Shown here piece after piece: positions 10,228-18,464 of a stretch of 39,276 bases of DNA (positions are counted from its first letter, which is position 1; each line of letters begins with the position of its first letter). The notes beneath the pieces were generated by a model, which was not told where the DNA came from, did not search any database, and saw only the letters and a program-made list of their open reading frames with translations. This DNA comes from Armatimonadota bacterium. GTDB taxonomy: Bacteria > Armatimonadota > UBA10988. A program made the translations under genes and the position numbers. The stretch spans positions 1 through 39,276 of the forward strand of contig JACRKZ010000016.1 in the NCBI GenBank assembly GCA_016235455.1. Reading direction: 5' to 3'.

Positions 10228-10344
10228 GAGCTGGGGCTGCTCGGAAGGCGACGGTAGCGTTGCGACACTGGGCCAAGCGACAGGCGAAGTGCTGGCGCGC
10301 GGGATCGGCGGGCTGCTATCCTCTAGTGAGGATGGGAGTCTGAC

Positions 10345-11274
10345 ATGCCGAGACCGCTGAGCACGATTGCCCCCCAATGGTGGGATTACACGACCCTCGA
10401 CGCCGAGTTGCTGGCCGATGCCGCCAAGCTCACGGCGCGCGACCTGGAGCAGTTGAGCCGGCCCGGCTTCGAGGTCGTTCTGTACGACACGCTCGAGGAA
10501 TTCTTCCTGGCCGAAGCGCTGGAGTACATCACCGCTTGGCGGCAGGCCACGCCCGACAACCCGGTGGGCCTGTGTGGGCCGATCGGCCCGACCGAGCAAC
10601 TGCCGCTGGTGGCGCAGTTGGTCAACGCGCTCGGCCTCAAACTACACGACGCCCATTTCTGGGGCATGGACGAGTGGGCCATCGACGGTCGCGAGGCGCC
10701 GCCGGATCACCCGCTGTCGTTCGAGCGCGCCGACCGCGAGTTGTGCTTCGACCGGATTGAGCGTGACCTGGTCATGCCCGACGCTAACCTGCACTTCCCG
10801 GCGGCCGACGCCACGGTGTACGAAGCCTCCTGGTCCGCTGTACGCTGTGCGCTCATGCAGGGCGGGCAGGGCGAGGTGAAACACTGGGCGTTCAACGACC
10901 CGCCGCGTCGTGAAGGCGCCTATGTCGACGCCCCGCCGACGCCCGCCGAGTACCGCGCGCTGGGTACGCGGGTGGTGGAACTGCATCCGCTCACGCTGAT
11001 CCAGAACGCGCGCACCTCGGGCGCGGGCAACATCCCGCTGGTGCCGCGCAACGCGGTCACCGTCGGGCCCCAGCAGACCTGGATGGCGGAGCAGGTCAGC
11101 ATCTGGCACCCAGGCCACCATGACAACCCGTTCGGCATCCGCCTGTCGGCGCTGATGATCAGCAAGGGCGTGGCCGACGCCAGTTTGCCCATGTCATTGC
11201 TGGCCGATCACCCCAACGTGAAGTTCAGCTATTGGCGCGGCGGCATCAAGTCGTGCGACACCGAGATGCACTGA
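10345..11274 (+). CDS. Glucosamine-6-phosphate deaminase/isomerase-like protein (divergent NagB family)
   Basis: 'HFWGMDEW' and '[14 protein letters not shown]' correspond to NagB motifs FNMDEY and GxGxNGHIAFNEP; RBS GGGAG upstream. Confidence 0.75.
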   Translation: MPRPLSTIAPQWWDYTTLDAELLADAAKLTARDLEQLSRPGFEVVLYDTLEEFFLAEALEYITAWRQATPDNPVGLCGPIGPTEQLPLVAQLVNALGLKLHDAHFWGMDEWAIDGREAPPDHPLSFERADRELCFDRIERDLVMPDANLHFPAADATVYEASWSAVRCALMQGGQGEVKHWAFNDPPRREGAYVDAPPTPAEYRALGTRVVELHPLTLIQNARTSGAGNIPLVPRNAVTVGPQQTWMAEQVSIWHPGHHDNPFGIRLSALMISKGVADASLPMSLLADHPNVKFSYWRGGIKSCDTEMH

Positions 11275-11317
11275 GCAGTCACGCCGGCCCAGGCCGGCGT
11301 CTCCGGAGGAATGAGCC

Positions 11318-13906
11318 ATGAGCGTGGCGGTCCTGTTGGCGCTGGCGTTGTCCGCGGGTCTGCCAGCCGACCTGCAAGGTTGGCAGTGGCAGCAACAGGA
11401 CCGCCTGGGTCGGTTGACAGGCGCCTGCGCCGGTGGGCAGGAGCTGGCCGATCTGCTGGCTGATCCTGAATACCGGCTGGCTCTGGCCCAGACTGAGTTG
11501 CTGCGCGTGTGCCGGGCGGTGGATCTGCAGAAAATGCGCGCTCTGCCCAACGGTGAGGCGTTCGCCACCTGGCTGCTGGGCGATGCCGATCTGATCGAAG
11601 GGCTGCTGGCCAGCGGGCCGGTGGGCGATATGGGCAAGAGCGTGTACACGCTCTACTGCCTGTGGCAGGTCGACCCCGAGTTGCGCCTGCCCTTGAGCAC
11701 CGACCCGCCGCCGAGCCCCGAGCAGGCCGCGGTCGCGGCGGCCAAGCCGGCGACCACCTGCCCCGCCTGGCTGCGCAACATGGCGCTCGGCTTCGCGCTG
11801 CTCAACCAGGGAGCCTATGAGCCGGGCAAGATGGCCTCGGCGGGCACCGTCGAGCGCTATCGCTTCTACCGCCGCAGCGTGGCCGGCGGGATCATGCACC
11901 CCATGTTCTTCGCGCTGCAGCCCTGGGAGATGCGCTGGACCCTCGACCTGCGTGCGGGCGACGACGTGGAGTACATTTCCCGGCAGCGCGACAGCCGCAA
12001 GGGCGATTACGCCGGCGCCTGCTGGGAGGTGGCCTACCTGGGGTACAACCAGTTCGGCGACACCATCCAGGGCCCGCTCTACCACATGCCGTGGCGCCAT
12101 GCGGTGCCCGAGGGCGAGATCTGGAAACGGACCGGCGGCGTGTGCGGCACGCTCTCGACCTATGGCAGCCGCTCGGCCAACCTGCACGGCATCCCCTCAC
12201 GCACCGCCGGTCAGCCGGGCCACTGCGCCTATGCCATCCGCTTCGAGCGCGGCAAGTGGGATATTGCCTACTACGTCGATTGGCCGACGTCGCTGGGCAC
12301 GTTCTGGGGCGGATCCTGGACGCACATGGCGCTCATGGAGGCCATCTACGACCGCGATGCGGAGCAGCGGCGCGCCATGCAACATACCTGGCAGGCGCAT
12401 CTGTCGCAGCCGCAGATCACCTGGGGCGATGCGCAGTGGCAGTTCTATGAGGTGCAATCGAACAGCTTCCCCGACCTGAGCAAGCTGCAGCCGACGCGCG
12501 CGGGTGTCATGTCGGGCTTTGGTGTGGGCAGCCTGGCCACGGGCGGCGGCGGGTTCGCCGCGGTGCTCAACGGGCAGTTGCACGTCTCGCGCGGCGGCAA
12601 GCTGCGCATCTCCGTCAATGCCGACGACGGCGCCAGGCTCTACCTGGGTACCGAATTGGTGGCCCAGACCGGCAAGCCCGCCACGGTCCGCGACATCCCG
12701 GCCGGCAGCTATCCGTACCGCATCGAGTACCACGACATCGGCGGCGCTCGCTCGCTGGATGTCAAGATCGAGCCGGTCAACGTGGGCAAGGCCGAGGTGC
12801 TGGCCTACGAGCAGGCGCTGAGCGTGCTGCCGACACACTACACGGTGTGGCGCGAGTATGGCGCGCGCATGCAGTCGGACGAGACGGTCACGCCGGACAC
12901 CTGGCTGTCGCTCTCCGAGCGCTGCGCCAAGGCGCTGGTGGACCACCAGGAGGCCGCCTGGCAGTGGCAGATGGACTACCCGGCCAGTCGCCTGCAGGAC
13001 GGCACGCAGCAAGCCAAGAAGGGCTGGCTGCTGGATCTGCACCGCATCCTTCGGCAGGACGCCGCCGCGCGCTTCGAGGCCTATCCCTACGATGGCATCC
13101 TCAACCGGCAGGCCGACTACCTGAAGACGGACAAGGCGGGGCTGGTGGCCTTCGCGCGGTCGCTGCTACCGATCCATGCGGTTGCCGGTGACGACTACCT
13201 GAACCGGACCATCACCTGGGCCAAGAACCGCTTTCCCAACGACGCGGGCGTCATGATGCAACTGGCGCTGGGCATGGCCTCGGCGTTCCAGGCGGCTGGT
13301 CGCGGCGTCGACGGGACGCGCGGCTGGTTTGAGCAGGCCATCACTGCCGCCGAGCAAGCCGGGGACGCCAAGAGCTTCGCCATGGCGTCCGATCTGGCCG
13401 ACCAGCTCATCAAGCGCGACCCCGTGGCCGACCGTCAGCTCAACGCCCAACAGGCACGCGACTGGCCTGCGCTTGAGGCCTTCCCGGGCCGGCTGGTCTC
13501 GGCCGATGGCGTGCTGCGGCTCAGTTCGGCCAAGTACGACACGCCGCTGCTGCACCGGGCCTGCCTGCGCGATGTACCGGGCGGCGGGTTCTTCCATACC
13601 GACAGTGAGAAGGCTCCCACGGCCACGGTGGTGCTGCCGGGCCCGGCGGTGCTTTCGGGTCTGGTGCTGGTCAACCGCTATGAGTCGAACACAGGCCGGC
13701 AGATCCCGCTCAAGGTGTCCTGCTCCGAGGATGACAAGACGTGGCGCGAGTTGGCCACGCTGACCACGGACCAGAAGGTCTGGCGCGTCGACCTGCAGGC
13801 CACGGCGCCGCGCGCGCGCTACGTGCGGCTAACCGCCGACCACGGCGAGCGTAGCGAGTTCTTCCACCTGCGCAACGTGCTGGTCTACGGCCAGCCGCTG
13901 TACTGA
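11318..13906 (+). CDS. Secreted multidomain protein: transglutaminase-like Cys-His core, PA14-like domain, helical region, C-terminal F5/8 type C (discoidin) domain
   Basis: RBS GGAGGA; short hydrophobic N-terminus; 'GGVCGTLS...GIP...GQPGHCAY'; PA14-like 'NADDGARLYL...YRIEYHDIGG'; discoidin-like 'VSCSEDDKTW...ARYVRL...HLRNVLVYG'. Confidence 0.7.
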   Translation: MSVAVLLALALSAGLPADLQGWQWQQQDRLGRLTGACAGGQELADLLADPEYRLALAQTELLRVCRAVDLQKMRALPNGEAFATWLLGDADLIEGLLASGPVGDMGKSVYTLYCLWQVDPELRLPLSTDPPPSPEQAAVAAAKPATTCPAWLRNMALGFALLNQGAYEPGKMASAGTVERYRFYRRSVAGGIMHPMFFALQPWEMRWTLDLRAGDDVEYISRQRDSRKGDYAGACWEVAYLGYNQFGDTIQGPLYHMPWRHAVPEGEIWKRTGGVCGTLSTYGSRSANLHGIPSRTAGQPGHCAYAIRFERGKWDIAYYVDWPTSLGTFWGGSWTHMALMEAIYDRDAEQRRAMQHTWQAHLSQPQITWGDAQWQFYEVQSNSFPDLSKLQPTRAGVMSGFGVGSLATGGGGFAAVLNGQLHVSRGGKLRISVNADDGARLYLGTELVAQTGKPATVRDIPAGSYPYRIEYHDIGGARSLDVKIEPVNVGKAEVLAYEQALSVLPTHYTVWREYGARMQSDETVTPDTWLSLSERCAKALVDHQEAAWQWQMDYPASRLQDGTQQAKKGWLLDLHRILRQDAAARFEAYPYDGILNRQADYLKTDKAGLVAFARSLLPIHAVAGDDYLNRTITWAKNRFPNDAGVMMQLALGMASAFQAAGRGVDGTRGWFEQAITAAEQAGDAKSFAMASDLADQLIKRDPVADRQLNAQQARDWPALEAFPGRLVSADGVLRLSSAKYDTPLLHRACLRDVPGGGFFHTDSEKAPTATVVLPGPAVLSGLVLVNRYESNTGRQIPLKVSCSEDDKTWRELATLTTDQKVWRVDLQATAPRARYVRLTADHGERSEFFHLRNVLVYGQPLY

Positions 13907-13917
13907 GGAGCCACGCC

Positions 13918-15777
13918 ATGCGATCCTGGATCGGCTGCCTCGCTGCGGCTCTGATATGGACGCCCTGCCAGGCGGCGCAACGGGCCGAAGGGTTCGATGC
14001 CGCGCTGGCCGCCGCCGAGCAGTCGGGCGGCGATGTGGCGGTCTACCTGCACGGCAGCGACTGGAACTACCGCGGCGAGACGCTGCTCCGGTCGGTCTGG
14101 GAGACGGACGCCTTCGCGCGCGCCGTGGGCGATCAGGTCACGCTGGCCGCGGTGGACCGGCCCGAGGCCGTGCTCACTCCCGCCGAGGTCGAGGCGCTGA
14201 AATCCGCGGCCAAGGCGGCGCCTACGGACCAGGCCGTCGGCGCCGCCGCCGACGGCGGCACGACCTTCACCAAGCTGCCTGAGGGCATCATGCTGGCCGG
14301 GGGCACCTGTCCGGACCGCGGCACCTACGCCATCCGGCTCCGCTCCGCGAAGCCCGCCAACGCGCTGGTCATCGAGGCGCTGCGCCACGACAGCCTGCCC
14401 AACAAGGGGCCGGGCCGGCCGAGCAACGGCTCCTGGGCGCTGACCGAGGTGGCGCTGGCAACAGTGGACAAGCCGGTGCCACTGGTGGCGGCTTGGGCCG
14501 ACCGCAGCCATGGCGACATGCGTCCGCAGCAGGCGATCGACGGCATCACCGAGCAGGGCAACGGCTGGGCGGCGGACCCCGGCGATCTCAACGGTGAGCG
14601 CACGCTGGTGCTGCTGCTAGGTTCGGAGTTGCCTGCGGACAGCGAGGTGGAGGCGAGGCTGCTGTTTGGCTCACAGTGGGCCAAGCACGAGATCGGCTGC
14701 CTGCGGCTGCGGTTGGCTCGGCTCGACGACGCGCGGCAGGCGCTGGTCAAGCGTGCCACGGCCGCCGAGCAGACGCGGCTGGCCAATCGCAAGCTCGGTC
14801 TGGATACGGGCAACTACCCGGCGGTGTTCGTGGTGGACAAGGCCAACCGCTGGGTCGGCACCATCGATGGCATAGCCGCCGAGACCACGGCTGCGCAACT
14901 CGCCAAACAGATCAACGACCTGAGCGCGCGCCGCATCCAGCGCGACCAACTCGTGGCACAGGCCGCCGCGGCGGCCGGTCCGGCGAAGGTGGAGTTGCTG
15001 GCTCGCGTGTTGGAGTTGATGGGCTGCTCAACGGGCAACTTCGGCCAGCATAATGCGTATCGGCCACAGTTTGACGAACTCAAGAAGCTCGATCCGACCG
15101 ACACGGGCGGCTGGGTTCGCCGCTACGAGTTCAACTGGGGCGCGCCGCTCGACGAGGCCATGAAGCTGTGCGATGACAAGAAGTTCGACGAGGCGCTGGC
15201 CGTGGCGACACGCGAACTGGCCAACCCCGGCAACCGGCGGCTCAACACCGAGCAGATCCAGTACCTGCATCTCATCCGCTACCGCATCTACCGGAGGTGG
15301 GAGGCGCAGAAGGACAAGCAGTACGAGGTGCTGGCCCAGATCGTCAAGCTCGACCCGACCACCTACCTGGCCATCGGCTGCGCCGGCTGGCTGCTGCGCG
15401 ACCAGGGACCGGTGAGCATGACACACGGCTGGCAGGCGCGCCATGTCTCGCCAGGCAGCGCCTTCTGGCGGCTGGACTCCGATGTGAACCGTTACTTCCT
15501 GTGGCCCGGTTACGCCTATCGCCTGTCGATCCGGCAGAACGGCGGCAAGAACCCGGTGGTCATCAAGTCGGTGGCGCTGTTTGTGGATGGCGTGCAAGTG
15601 GCCGGCGAGCAGCGGGCGGTGCGGCTGCCGGCGCAGAACGACCAGGCTGACTTCCGCCTGCAGGTGCCCGCCTTCAAGCCTGGCGCCAAGTTTGCACTGG
15701 TCGTCTTCTATGACGCGCCCGAGGGTACCGACAGCTCCGGTTCGTTTGGCACCAGCGCGCTACTGCCCTGGGAATAG
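13918..15777 (+). CDS. Secreted thioredoxin-fold protein lacking CxxC, with inserted beta-sandwich domain and TPR-like helices
   Basis: RBS GAGGAG; signal peptide; 'FDAALAAAEQSGGDVAVYLHGSDWNYRG' resembles the thioredoxin-like FxGSDWCxxC start; second half 'GNYPAVFVVDK' lies about 200 aa later. Confidence 0.65.
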   Translation: MRSWIGCLAAALIWTPCQAAQRAEGFDAALAAAEQSGGDVAVYLHGSDWNYRGETLLRSVWETDAFARAVGDQVTLAAVDRPEAVLTPAEVEALKSAAKAAPTDQAVGAAADGGTTFTKLPEGIMLAGGTCPDRGTYAIRLRSAKPANALVIEALRHDSLPNKGPGRPSNGSWALTEVALATVDKPVPLVAAWADRSHGDMRPQQAIDGITEQGNGWAADPGDLNGERTLVLLLGSELPADSEVEARLLFGSQWAKHEIGCLRLRLARLDDARQALVKRATAAEQTRLANRKLGLDTGNYPAVFVVDKANRWVGTIDGIAAETTAAQLAKQINDLSARRIQRDQLVAQAAAAAGPAKVELLARVLELMGCSTGNFGQHNAYRPQFDELKKLDPTDTGGWVRRYEFNWGAPLDEAMKLCDDKKFDEALAVATRELANPGNRRLNTEQIQYLHLIRYRIYRRWEAQKDKQYEVLAQIVKLDPTTYLAIGCAGWLLRDQGPVSMTHGWQARHVSPGSAFWRLDSDVNRYFLWPGYAYRLSIRQNGGKNPVVIKSVALFVDGVQVAGEQRAVRLPAQNDQADFRLQVPAFKPGAKFALVVFYDAPEGTDSSGSFGTSALLPWE

Positions 15778-15779
15778 AA

Positions 15780-15811
15780 ACGACCCCCGGCGGTCTCCCG
15801 CCGGGGGTCGT
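15780..15811. terminator. Hairpin between convergent genes, probable bidirectional terminator
   Basis: ACGACCCCCGGCGG-tctc-CCGCCGGGGGTCGT, perfect 14-bp stem; short T run on the minus strand. Confidence 0.8.
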
Positions 15812-15837
15812 CAGTAAGCCTGCCGGTACCGGTCGGG

Positions 15838-16701
15838 CTACTCCCAGAGCCCTCGCAACTCCGCGCGGCGAGCTATCTCGTAGCGCAACTTGCGCAGGGC
15901 ATGGGCCTCGATCTGCTTGATCCGTTGGCGCGACAGGCCGACGATGGCGGCGATCTCGCCGAGCGTATGCTCACGCTCGCCGCCGACGCCGAAGCGCAGT
16001 TCCAGCACGGTGCGCTCACGCTCGCGCAGCGCGTCCAGGACTTCCAGCAACTTGCCCTCGGCAATCGACTGGAACAACCGCGTCTCCGGCCCGACGATGT
16101 TGGCGTCGGCCAACGCGTCGACCAGCGAGCGACGACCGTCGTCGTCGGCCGAGGCACCGGCGTCGAGCGACACCGGGTCGAGCGGCAAGCGCCGCAGTTG
16201 CTCCACACTGTCACACACCGAGCCCAGGGAGTCCTCCACCTCCTGGTTGGTCGGCGCTCGATGCAGTTCCTGAGCCAGCCGGTCGGCCGCCAGATCGGCG
16301 CGTGCCATGTCACGCAGGAGCCTCGACGGAATGCGAATGCTGTGGCGCAGATGAGGCAATGAACGGAGAATGGCTTGCTTAATCCACAGCGTCGCACACG
16401 TAGAGAACCGCGTGCCCTTGCGCCAATCGAAGTGGTCTACCGCCTGGATGAGACCGATGTTGCCTTCCTGAATGAGATCGCTCAGCGGCACGCCGAGCCC
16501 CTGGTACTGCCGGGCGATGGACACGACCAAGCGCAGATTGGCCTCCACAAAGGCCTGACGTGCCACCGAGTCGCCCACTTCCACCCGGCGCGCCAGATCT
16601 CGCTCGTCGTCACGCGTGAGCAGCCGGCTGGAGCGCCTGACAATGACCGTGTCACTGCTGCGCGCCTTGGCTGTTGCTACGACCTCTCGTCTCTGTCCCA
16701 T
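15838..16701 (-). CDS. RNA polymerase sigma70-family factor (RpoD/RpoS-like, no region 1.1, 287 aa)
   Basis: 'ANLRLVVSIARQY', 'DLIQEGNIGLIQAVDHFDWRKGTRFST', region 4 'TLGEIAAIVGLSRQRIKQIEAHALRKLR'. Start placed at ATG 16701 behind GGAGGGG. Confidence 0.92.
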   Translation of the reverse strand: MGQRREVVATAKARSSDTVIVRRSSRLLTRDDERDLARRVEVGDSVARQAFVEANLRLVVSIARQYQGLGVPLSDLIQEGNIGLIQAVDHFDWRKGTRFSTCATLWIKQAILRSLPHLRHSIRIPSRLLRDMARADLAADRLAQELHRAPTNQEVEDSLGSVCDSVEQLRRLPLDPVSLDAGASADDDGRRSLVDALADANIVGPETRLFQSIAEGKLLEVLDALRERERTVLELRFGVGGEREHTLGEIAAIVGLSRQRIKQIEAHALRKLRYEIARRAELRGLWE

Positions 16702-17003
16702 GGCAACCCCTCCCGCCATCCCATACTCGGGCAGGTCGGTTGGGCGATGTTCTGGCTCGAACGACCAGGCCAGTCCACGCATTCCGATCCCGCTCTCTAG
16801 AGAGCTGTTCCCACAGTGATACCTGATCCGCTTTGCGACACCGTTGCGGCGTATGGCGGATTGGTTAACCTTCACAAGGGACTACACCCGGCCCCGTCGG
16901 CCGGGCAGGTGCCCGCGCGGGCCGATGTACTGGTATCGGTTGAGACGCGCCGGTCGCTAAGCCGTTTCGGGCAACGCCCCGGCAAGGATCGGACACACTG
17001 AGT

Positions 17004-18389
17004 TCACTTGGCGAGGGAGAGAACGATTTCGCGGAAGCGTTCGCCGCGATGGGAGAAGTTGTCGAACATATCGAAGCTGGCGCCGCAAGGGGATAGAATC
17101 ACCCAATCGCCCGGCTCAGCAAGCGATTGGGCGAGCGAAACCGCTGATTCCAGGCTGTCGGCGCGATGCGTGTTGGCCAGGCCGGCCTGTTCCGCGACGG
17201 CCGCCAACAGCGGCGCATCCTGGCCGATGAGCACCAGCGCACGCAGTCGCCGGAAGGGCTCGACCAGGGGGCTCAGGTCGATGCCCTTGGTCAGTCCGCC
17301 CGCGATCAGCACCACCGGCGCAGGGCTCTGGGCGATGGCATTTCCGGTGGCCAGCGGGTTCGTTGCCTTGGAATCATTCACGTACGTAACGCCACGGATC
17401 TCCGTGACGCGCTCCATGCGGTGCGGCAGACCGGGGAAGGAGCGCAACACTTCCACAACGTCGGCGACTCGGGCTCGGGCGCCGAGGGCGGTGGCTGTAG
17501 CGGCCAGGAGGCTCGGCTTCTGCACCAGCAGCGCTGGTGAGACGTCATCCCAGCTGATCAGCGTTCCAGCGTAGCCGCCAAGCGACTCGGGCAGGCGCGC
17601 ATGGACGCCGTCCGACTCGCTCCACACACCGTACTCGGGCACCTCGCGCTCGCTCACCCCCAGCCGCACCGCCGGCTGTCGCTCGCCGATAGCGCGCACG
17701 GCGGGATCGTCGAGGTTGTAGACCGCGCAATCGTCGTCGGTCTGGTTCTCGAAGATGCGGCTTTTGGCCCAGGCATACTCATCTCGGGTCGGATGCCGGT
17801 CGGTGTGGTCCTCGGCGATGTTGAGCAGCGTGCTGACCCACGGCCGCATCTGGTCGATGCCTTCGAGCTGGTAGCTGGTCACCTCCACCACGATCGGGTC
17901 CGCGTTGGGGTTGTCCACCACCAGCTCGATGAGCGGAATGCCGCGCGCGGTATAGGCCTCGGAGTTGGTCAGCGGCGCGTCGAGCATCTTGGCGGTAAGC
18001 GCGGCGGTGGTCGACTTGCCCTTGGTGCCCGTGATGCCGATGAGCCGGCCTGTGCACAGGCGGCTGGCCAGCTCGATCTCGCCCCACACCGGCACGCCGC
18101 GTTCGCGGGCGGCCCGGAGCGCGGGCTCCTTGATGGAGACACCGGGCGAGACGACGACCAGGTCGGCCGCGGCGATGGTCTCGGCATCATGGCCGCCGGC
18201 CACGAGCGCCACGCCGAGGTCGGCAAAGACGCGCAGGCTGGCCTGCACGGTGGGGTCGTCGGCCGCGCGGCTGTCGGTGACGGTGACCTGGGCACCCAGT
18301 CGGCACAGCGTGCGAGCCAGCGCCTGGCCGCTGTAGCCGCCACCGCACACCACCGCTCGTTCCACCTGCCAGCCGCCAACCGTCATCAT
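17004..18389 (-). CDS. murD: UDP-N-acetylmuramoyl-L-alanine--D-glutamate ligase
   Basis: GGGYSG, VVSPG, GEIELA, P-loop GITGTKGKSTT, LNIAEDHTDRH, HRME, NDSKATN, LSPCGASFDMF..F..RG. Start could be 18389, 18386 or GTG 18398. Confidence 0.9.
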   Translation of the reverse strand: MMTVGGWQVERAVVCGGGYSGQALARTLCRLGAQVTVTDSRAADDPTVQASLRVFADLGVALVAGGHDAETIAAADLVVVSPGVSIKEPALRAARERGVPVWGEIELASRLCTGRLIGITGTKGKSTTAALTAKMLDAPLTNSEAYTARGIPLIELVVDNPNADPIVVEVTSYQLEGIDQMRPWVSTLLNIAEDHTDRHPTRDEYAWAKSRIFENQTDDDCAVYNLDDPAVRAIGERQPAVRLGVSEREVPEYGVWSESDGVHARLPESLGGYAGTLISWDDVSPALLVQKPSLLAATATALGARARVADVVEVLRSFPGLPHRMERVTEIRGVTYVNDSKATNPLATGNAIAQSPAPVVLIAGGLTKGIDLSPLVEPFRRLRALVLIGQDAPLLAAVAEQAGLANTHRADSLESAVSLAQSLAEPGDWVILSPCGASFDMFDNFSHRGERFREIVLSLAK

Positions 18390-18414
18390 GAGCGTCACCT
18401 TCCGCGCCGGGGGC

Positions 18415-18449
18415 CATAGGTCGCGCGGCGGTTGACCACGCGACCTATG
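18415..18449. other. Inverted repeat between leuA and murD (no U-tract)
   Basis: CATAGGTCGCG (18415-18425) / CGCGACCTATG (18439-18449). Confidence 0.6.
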
Positions 18450-18464
18450 TTAGAGCTACCGAGC

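Noticed and set aside
333-10276. Long antisense and alternate-frame ORFs (e.g. 6094-8235, 3596-5287, 7277-9058, also 18432-20213 and 26082-27584)
   Set aside because: They shadow well-supported genes. High GC at third codon positions depletes stop codons in other frames, and they show no recognisable motifs.
16800-16870. c-di-GMP-I (GEMM) riboswitch upstream of the sigma gene
   Set aside because: Only a 'CGCAAAGC' fragment and a small hairpin match; the GGCAAA start and the tetraloop-receptor stem are missing. An Infernal search would be needed.
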